From: an uncultured Pseudomonadota bacterium
GTDB taxonomy: Bacteria; Pseudomonadota; Alphaproteobacteria; RF32; CAG-239
Length of the DNA stretch: 56,309 nucleotides
NCBI GenBank assembly: GCA_902763905.1
Contig: CACWUA010000014.1
Location: 1 to 56,309, forward strand
Direction: 5' to 3'
Under the pieces are notes generated by a model, which did no database searches, was not told where the DNA came from, and saw only the letters and a list, made by a program, of their open reading frames with translations. Shown in pieces: positions 50,572 to 56,309 of this stretch (position 1 is its first letter; each line of letters begins with the position of its first letter). The translations under genes and the position numbers were made by a program.

Positions 50572-51399
50572 TTATTTACGGTATTCGTGTGCCGGATAAC
50601 ATCCTAAAATCTGATAATTTTCCGAAAAGAACTTAAGCTCAGACAATGCATATTGCAAAGCGCGTGAATGAATATGTTGCTCTACTTCAATATAAAACTG
50701 TGCTGAAAAAAACTTACCGCCGAGCAAATAACTTTCAAGTTTGGAAATATTAATACCGTTGGTGGCAAATCCACCCAATACCTTATACAAAGCGGCCGGA
50801 ATATGCTTGGTTACAAACACGATTGAAGTAATAAATCGGCCTCCGTCATTTACCGGAAATTCCTCATTTTTCTGCATAATCAAAAAGCGCGTTGTATTGT
50901 TATCGGCATTTTCTATATCAGATGCTACAATATCCAGTCCGTAAATATCTGCTGCCAATACGGAAGCAATTGCCGCTTTGGTTTTGTCTTGCTCTAATGC
51001 TATTTTCTCGCATGATTTAGCCGTGTCAATCCGTGAAACCGCTTTAATTCCGTGAGTTTTCAGAAATGTCGAACATTGCGCCAATGCTTGCGGATGCGAA
51101 GCTGCACTTAATATATCTGATAAATTTGCTCCTTTAACAGCCAAAAGCTGATGCTTTATCCGCATAAAATGTTCTCCGACAATATGCAGTCCTGCTTCCG
51201 GTAATAAAAAATGCACATCGCTGACACGTCCGGCATTTGAATTTTCCACCGGTATCACCGCCTTATCGACGGTACCGTTTTTTACCAATTCCATGGCTAT
51301 TTCAAAAGTATCGCACGGAATATATTCCTGATTAGGAAACAATGTGTTGCAGGCAATATGTGAATAAGCTCCGGGAGCTCCCTGATATGCAATTTTCAT
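50572..51399 (-). CDS. pheA: Prephenate dehydratase
   Basis: IAYQGAPGAYS, PVENS, SHPQALAQC, NTTRF; ACT domain INISKLES. Confidence 0.96.
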   Translation of the reverse strand: MKIAYQGAPGAYSHIACNTLFPNQEYIPCDTFEIAMELVKNGTVDKAVIPVENSNAGRVSDVHFLLPEAGLHIVGEHFMRIKHQLLAVKGANLSDILSAASHPQALAQCSTFLKTHGIKAVSRIDTAKSCEKIALEQDKTKAAIASVLAADIYGLDIVASDIENADNNTTRFLIMQKNEEFPVNDGGRFITSIVFVTKHIPAALYKVLGGFATNGINISKLESYLLGGKFFSAQFYIEVEQHIHSRALQYALSELKFFSENYQILGCYPAHEYRK

Positions 51400-51517
51400 T
51401 ATTTTAGTCCTTTCTTAAACGGGTATCAAAATAAATTAAAAATTATAATTGTCAAGCATAACAGTTGTTTTAATAAAAAGACTTAATATCAGGAATGCAC
51501 ACTTTGTCTGCAGTGTA

Positions 51518-51545
51518 TTGACTTTGACAAACTTGCCGCTATAAT
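51518..51545 (+). promoter_or_regulatory. sigma70-type promoter
   Basis: TTGACT-N16-TATAAT. Confidence 0.65.
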
Positions 51546-51574
51546 GCGGAATGTTTTTGAAATTAGAGGCGTTA

Positions 51575-52408
51575 ATGGATATTTTAATCGATACTTTGAT
51601 TGATAACATAAAACTGTTTCCGTTTTTGTTTGTTACCTATTTATGCTTGGAGTATATTGAGCATAAAACTTCGGATAAAACTGCAAAAATCATAAAAAAA
51701 GCCGGTTGGAGCGGTCCGTTGGTGGGAAGTATATGCGGAGCATTACCGCAATGCGGTTTCTCTGTTGTGGCTGCCAATTTTTTTGCCGCGCGGGTTATTG
51801 GTATCGGTACGTTGTTGGCGATTTTTCTTTCAACATCCGATGAAATGCTGCCGATTATGATTTCGGGAGCCGTATCACCGCTTTTAATTACTGAAATAGT
51901 GCTATATAAAATTTGCTGCGGTATCGTCTTCGGTTATATGGTTAATTTTGTTTGGCGTAAATATAAACCGCGGCCGCAAATCAATATTGAAGAATTATGC
52001 AATAACGAAAATTGTCATTGTGAGACTTCCGTTATCAAACCTGCGTTGTATCATTCGGTACGTATAGCCGTGTTTTTATTGGTTGTAACATTAATTTTTA
52101 ATTATGCCGTCAGTTGCTTAAATGTTGATACAGTAACCTATTTTCTGCAAATTCCGCTGTTGGGTGAATTTATCAGTGGTTTAATCGGTCTTATTCCCAA
52201 TTGTTCGGCTTCGGTTATATTGACTCAGTTATATATGGAAAATTGTATCGGTATCGGAGCTTTGATGAGCGGTTCTTTAGTCAGCGGCGGAGTTGGATTG
52301 TTGGTGTTGTTCAGAGTTAATCGGCATATAAAAGAAAATATAATGATAATTGCCATATTGTATATGTGCGGAATTATCGGCGGTTTGTCGGCACAGATTG
52401 TATTCTGA
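51575..52408 (+). CDS. Putative manganese/heavy-metal transporter (10-TM exporter-like family)
   Basis: Internal repeat G.LPQCGFS / GLIPNCSAS, LSTSDE, and a Cys/His loop (CNNENCHC). Confidence 0.75.
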   Translation: MDILIDTLIDNIKLFPFLFVTYLCLEYIEHKTSDKTAKIIKKAGWSGPLVGSICGALPQCGFSVVAANFFAARVIGIGTLLAIFLSTSDEMLPIMISGAVSPLLITEIVLYKICCGIVFGYMVNFVWRKYKPRPQINIEELCNNENCHCETSVIKPALYHSVRIAVFLLVVTLIFNYAVSCLNVDTVTYFLQIPLLGEFISGLIGLIPNCSASVILTQLYMENCIGIGALMSGSLVSGGVGLLVLFRVNRHIKENIMIIAILYMCGIIGGLSAQIVF

Positions 52409-52489
52409 GGTGTGTTTTTTTATTGACTTTTGTCCACAATATGATACATAATTATATAAAGCAATTATCAATGGAATAGGACTGAGACT

Positions 52490-55400
52490 ATGGCAGAAAA
52501 TATAGATTATGAAGCGCTGATAGATGAATTGGCTCAATCGGAAACAGCACCGGAACGTTTGGTGGAAATTCAGCAAACATTGGGACAGGTTCCTTATGCA
52601 CAAAGAAATGATAATTTGGATTTTGTATGGAAAGAAACTTATAATAAAGCCAATGAGATGATAGAAAAATTGGCCGAACAATCGCTGGAAGGTGCTTCAT
52701 TAGATGATTTAAAAGCTCTCGACAATCTTCTGGAGACGTTTGCCTCACATACCAACGGCGAATATACAGGCTTGGCTGCAGAACTTAAAGGTAAAATAGA
52801 TAAACGCCGCGAAGAATTGCCAAGTGAAACCCCTTCTCCGGCAAACGAAGAACAAAAAGAGCCTCCTCTCGAAGAAAGTAGTATAGAAACTAAAGAAGAG
52901 GAAAAGGAAAAAACACCGGAAGCGGGAAACGAAGAACCGATAAATATTCATGATGAAAAAGATGAAGAATTTTTAGATTCCATTACCGATGAAAATAAAG
53001 CGCAGATTGGTTCACGCTATGAACGACTTGATGCCGCTGCCCAAGCTATAGGCAATGTGTTTGAAAATAATCCGGAGAAAAATCAGAACGTTGATTTTAG
53101 CGGTATTAAAAACTTTTTTGATAATGTTTGGATTGATCAATCCTTACCGGATGATCCGGATAAAGAGCCGACCAAAGAAGATGTGCAAAAGCGCGATGAA
53201 TTGCGCTCGCAGATGTTTGATCTTGCCGTCAATATGTCGCTTAAAGATTTGGTAAAAGACGAAGCTGTTGATAAAGGTGATGATAAGGAATTACAGAAAA
53301 AACTACTGGAGACAATTCATGATAATATGACTTTTTTGAGTTATAATCTGGTAGGTAATCAGCAGGCATTTGAAGCAATGGAACGCGGCACGGATATCAG
53401 TAAGCTGACACTGGAGGAACGTAAGGCCTATATTGATATGCAGATGAGTTCAACTAACGATGCAATGGCAGCGGCAACTGCAGCCTTAAACGGTAAAAGA
53501 TCTCCGATTCGCGTTTCTTCGGCCGCTATTTGTGCTACAGTAGCTTCTCCGGCACGGCAAGTTGAAGATTTTGCCGAAGGATTCAAAGAAAAAACCGGAA
53601 TCGGTAAATTATGGAATAGAGTCAAAACTTTTGACGAACATATGACTAAAACTCATCCCAGACTGTATCCGTTGGCAAAATCATTGGCTATTTCTTCAAT
53701 CGGTGGTCCGGGAGCTACCATGGCTTATGTCGGATATAATACATACAAAGCCGGCAAAAAGGTATTTGATGAATACAAAGCTCAAAAAGCAGCAACCGGT
53801 ATGACTTTTAAGGAGTATTGGTCGGATAATAAAAATAAAGCAAAAATTGCCGGAGTGGCATTATCTGTCGTATCAGCCGCTATTTCCACATGCGCCGGTA
53901 TTAATGGTATAACCAACGGCAACTTCGGAATCGCCGGCAATTTAACCGGTTCAATGCTTTCCGGCTCAGCCTCAATCGGTGATATTGCCAATCAAGGATG
54001 GAATCAAATTTCGGAAAGCGCCGGTAATCTGATTAATAAGTTGTCAGATGTAAATAACTTAAATCCGCTGAATGCCGGTAAAAAAATTATTGATACTTTT
54101 GCCAATCGCGGCTGGATGAATGTTTTAACCGCAACCAATGCGGCAAACACCTCATATAGAGCATATTTAGAAGCACCGCAGGGCAAAAAGATGGAAGCAG
54201 CCCGTAAAGCCTTTATCGGTTCATTTACCGGTACCTTTATCGGTTTGGCCGCATCGCAAGCTGTCGCAAGTATGACACATCAAGCTGCGGAAAACAATAA
54301 TACTCCGGTGGATATTAAATCAATCGAAGCCGGAGAAAAAGAGTTTATGGATGCCTATAAAGAGGCTGAGCTCAATCATGAGTTTGATATGAATATTTAT
54401 CGTCCGCAGGAAGAAATTGACGGCAGTCAGCTTGATGAAATTGAGGTAATCGGAAGTGCACACCACCATGGAGCTCCTACTATACAGCATGAGTCAACGA
54501 CTGGTGTCCATGAAGTGTTTCATGAAGCAGAAAAGCCTTCAACCGGATTGCCGGAAGTAGGTTTTGTGGTAAACAATGAAGATGTTTCAATAGCAGACAG
54601 CGGAAATTTGGAGGACAATCTGAACGCGGCTCGCGGTAATTATCTCAATCATCATCCCGAGATTGATTTCGGTAATAATTCGGTAGAGATTACTGGAGAG
54701 GATTTAGACGCAACAATTACCACCAGTACCGAGGAATTGAAACATAATGACACGGTTATAGGATATGAAAAGAGTGTTGATACCGTTATAAAATCATCGG
54801 AATTGGATATGGAAAGACACGAGCAGTTGGCTCATACAGATACCGGAGAGGTAAAGTTAACCACCAATGAAGGAGTTGTTGCGGCAAGTGGTAACGAAAA
54901 TATTCCGGAAGGAGCCAAAATCGTAAGTGTTGTTGATTTTAAAAATGACCAATCCGAATTGCATATAACCAAATTTGAAGTAACCGATGAAAATGGCGAT
55001 GTGAAGTCGTATATTGCCGATAATAGCGGTAATGTAAAAGAAACACCGGCAAATTATGATGAAAACAAAATATATGCAAATGGTAAAGGATTGGTGCATG
55101 ATACCGCCGTTACCAAGCTCGAAGCAGAGCAACAAAAAGCCGAGACTGAACAAACCGGTGCACAAGCCGTCAATCTCGGAGTGGTTGAAAAGCCGGCCGA
55201 TCAGATGGATATGAGCGAAATCAGAGCTCAACAAGAAGCCGCTCTTGAGGCTGAACAAACCGGTGCACAAGCCGTCAATCTCGGAGTGGTTGAAAAGCCG
55301 TCTGACCAGATGGATATGAGTGAAATCAGGGAACAACAAAAAGCCGCTCTTGAGGCTGAACAAATCGGTGCACAAGCAGAAACTAAACAAGAACAACATG

Positions 55401-56296
55401 AGGATAACTCTTCAGAAGCTTCAGTTCCTATACATGAAGTTAACGGATTCAAATATCAAATCGATGAAAATGGAGAACTTACCGGAAATTGTCATTTATT
55501 TATTGATAATAAGGTAATGGATACGGCACTTGTACAACACCTGATGCCGGATTATAATAGTGATGGAACACAGCGTTTCGGAGGCAGTGGTATTGACTGG
55601 GCTTATAAAGACGAAAAAGGTATGTATCATTGCGGCGGTTCGATAGGTACAATAAAAGACAGCGTAAGAATGGCAGAAAGAATAGCGTTGCAGACAATAG
55701 TTAAGAATAATGTGGCGTATAACGATTTAGCCTTAAAAGATCAGGAGACGCTGACAGACGGAGAAAAGAAGTTTATGCATAACCATGAAGCAGCATTGGA
55801 AAAACGCGGACTGGTAAATCAGAAAGGCGGTGTATTGGAATATAAAGATTGCCCTCCGAGTAAGTATTGTCACCACATCCATGATAAAGTAGCTTTAGCC
55901 GATGCAAATGCTCAAGATAATGTTTCTTATTTTGAAAATCGTGCGCGTGATTTATATATCAAAGGAAATCTGACAACATCAGTTGAAGATGGAAGAGCTG
56001 TGTCTGTCGGTAAAAACGGAGTTATGATAACAGATGATAAAGGTGCTCTTCAGGCGTACACACTAGATAAGGAAGGATTGCATAGAATGCGCGGAAGCGG
56101 AAATATTACAGCAGAGGAGCTTACTCAAATTAAAAGTGATATAGCTAAAGTAGCCGGTGAGGATAATAAACTGTTAAAGCAAATAACTGCATTGGAAAAA
56201 AGCGGACAACAAAGGTTCCCAAGCGCAGCTCCAATCAGAACTACAACATTGGATACCAGAACAATGACGCAGAGCAGAGGAAATGTAAACGGTTAA
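52490..56296 (+). CDS. Large acidic hypothetical protein (1268 aa)
   Basis: Uninterrupted ORF with AGGA RBS and an upstream TTGACT promoter-like site; central Gly/Ala-rich hydrophobic helices; internal tandem repeat. Confidence 0.85.
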   Translation: MAENIDYEALIDELAQSETAPERLVEIQQTLGQVPYAQRNDNLDFVWKETYNKANEMIEKLAEQSLEGASLDDLKALDNLLETFASHTNGEYTGLAAELKGKIDKRREELPSETPSPANEEQKEPPLEESSIETKEEEKEKTPEAGNEEPINIHDEKDEEFLDSITDENKAQIGSRYERLDAAAQAIGNVFENNPEKNQNVDFSGIKNFFDNVWIDQSLPDDPDKEPTKEDVQKRDELRSQMFDLAVNMSLKDLVKDEAVDKGDDKELQKKLLETIHDNMTFLSYNLVGNQQAFEAMERGTDISKLTLEERKAYIDMQMSSTNDAMAAATAALNGKRSPIRVSSAAICATVASPARQVEDFAEGFKEKTGIGKLWNRVKTFDEHMTKTHPRLYPLAKSLAISSIGGPGATMAYVGYNTYKAGKKVFDEYKAQKAATGMTFKEYWSDNKNKAKIAGVALSVVSAAISTCAGINGITNGNFGIAGNLTGSMLSGSASIGDIANQGWNQISESAGNLINKLSDVNNLNPLNAGKKIIDTFANRGWMNVLTATNAANTSYRAYLEAPQGKKMEAARKAFIGSFTGTFIGLAASQAVASMTHQAAENNNTPVDIKSIEAGEKEFMDAYKEAELNHEFDMNIYRPQEEIDGSQLDEIEVIGSAHHHGAPTIQHESTTGVHEVFHEAEKPSTGLPEVGFVVNNEDVSIADSGNLEDNLNAARGNYLNHHPEIDFGNNSVEITGEDLDATITTSTEELKHNDTVIGYEKSVDTVIKSSELDMERHEQLAHTDTGEVKLTTNEGVVAASGNENIPEGAKIVSVVDFKNDQSELHITKFEVTDENGDVKSYIADNSGNVKETPANYDENKIYANGKGLVHDTAVTKLEAEQQKAETEQTGAQAVNLGVVEKPADQMDMSEIRAQQEAALEAEQTGAQAVNLGVVEKPSDQMDMSEIREQQKAALEAEQIGAQAETKQEQHEDNSSEASVPIHEVNGFKYQIDENGELTGNCHLFIDNKVMDTALVQHLMPDYNSDGTQRFGGSGIDWAYKDEKGMYHCGGSIGTIKDSVRMAERIALQTIVKNNVAYNDLALKDQETLTDGEKKFMHNHEAALEKRGLVNQKGGVLEYKDCPPSKYCHHIHDKVALADANAQDNVSYFENRARDLYIKGNLTTSVEDGRAVSVGKNGVMITDDKGALQAYTLDKEGLHRMRGSGNITAEELTQIKSDIAKVAGEDNKLLKQITALEKSGQQRFPSAAPIRTTTLDTRTMTQSRGNVNG
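55146..55377 (+). repeat. 105-bp (35-aa) tandem repeat, about 2.2 copies
   Basis: Units start at 55146, 55251 and 55356; EQTGAQAVNLGVVEKP(A/S)DQMDMSEIR(A/E)QQ(E/K)AALEA. Confidence 0.95.
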
Positions 56297-56309
56297 ATAA
56301 AGGATATTT

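Noticed and set aside
22983-52450. Apparent excess of 16-bp promoter spacers
   Set aside because: Several other candidate promoters have 17-bp spacers; the sample is small and picked by eye.
55146-55377. Repeat considered as a CRISPR array or DGR template
   Set aside because: In-frame coding tandem repeat without unique spacers; no cas or reverse transcriptase gene in the window.

Overview
AT-rich chromosomal segment of an alphaproteobacterium, inferred from the yqeY-dnaG-rpoD and zinc-finger/ftsEX/ydcF/plsC synteny; several Firmicutes-like genes suggest a gut-associated lineage. Most of the window is housekeeping: rpoD (partial), dnaG, ftsEX, plsC, sppA, gatCAB, yejEF, M16 peptidase, elbB, gltX, sdaA, dsbD, a cyclophilin, tcdA, endA, gyrA, aspS, rnd and pheA. 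Accessory content includes a surface-glycan cluster (two GT2, glf, licD, tagD), an orphan pilin-like gene, a small ORF + zeta kinase + histidine phosphatase module, a 329-bp internally deleted IS3-family remnant, and several orphan proteins including a 1268-aa repeat protein. The most striking feature missed by the ORF track is a C4-antisense-like structured RNA cassette at about 35978-36281 (minus strand). It has its own promoter, complementary target loops, a competing hairpin and a terminator, and lies upstream of two non-phage-looking genes. Two other long structured leaders precede orphan genes. Four genes are broken by apparent internal deletions that may be assembly-gap artefacts. No rRNA, tRNA or CRISPR array was recognised. 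All family calls come from motif recognition by eye, not database searches.
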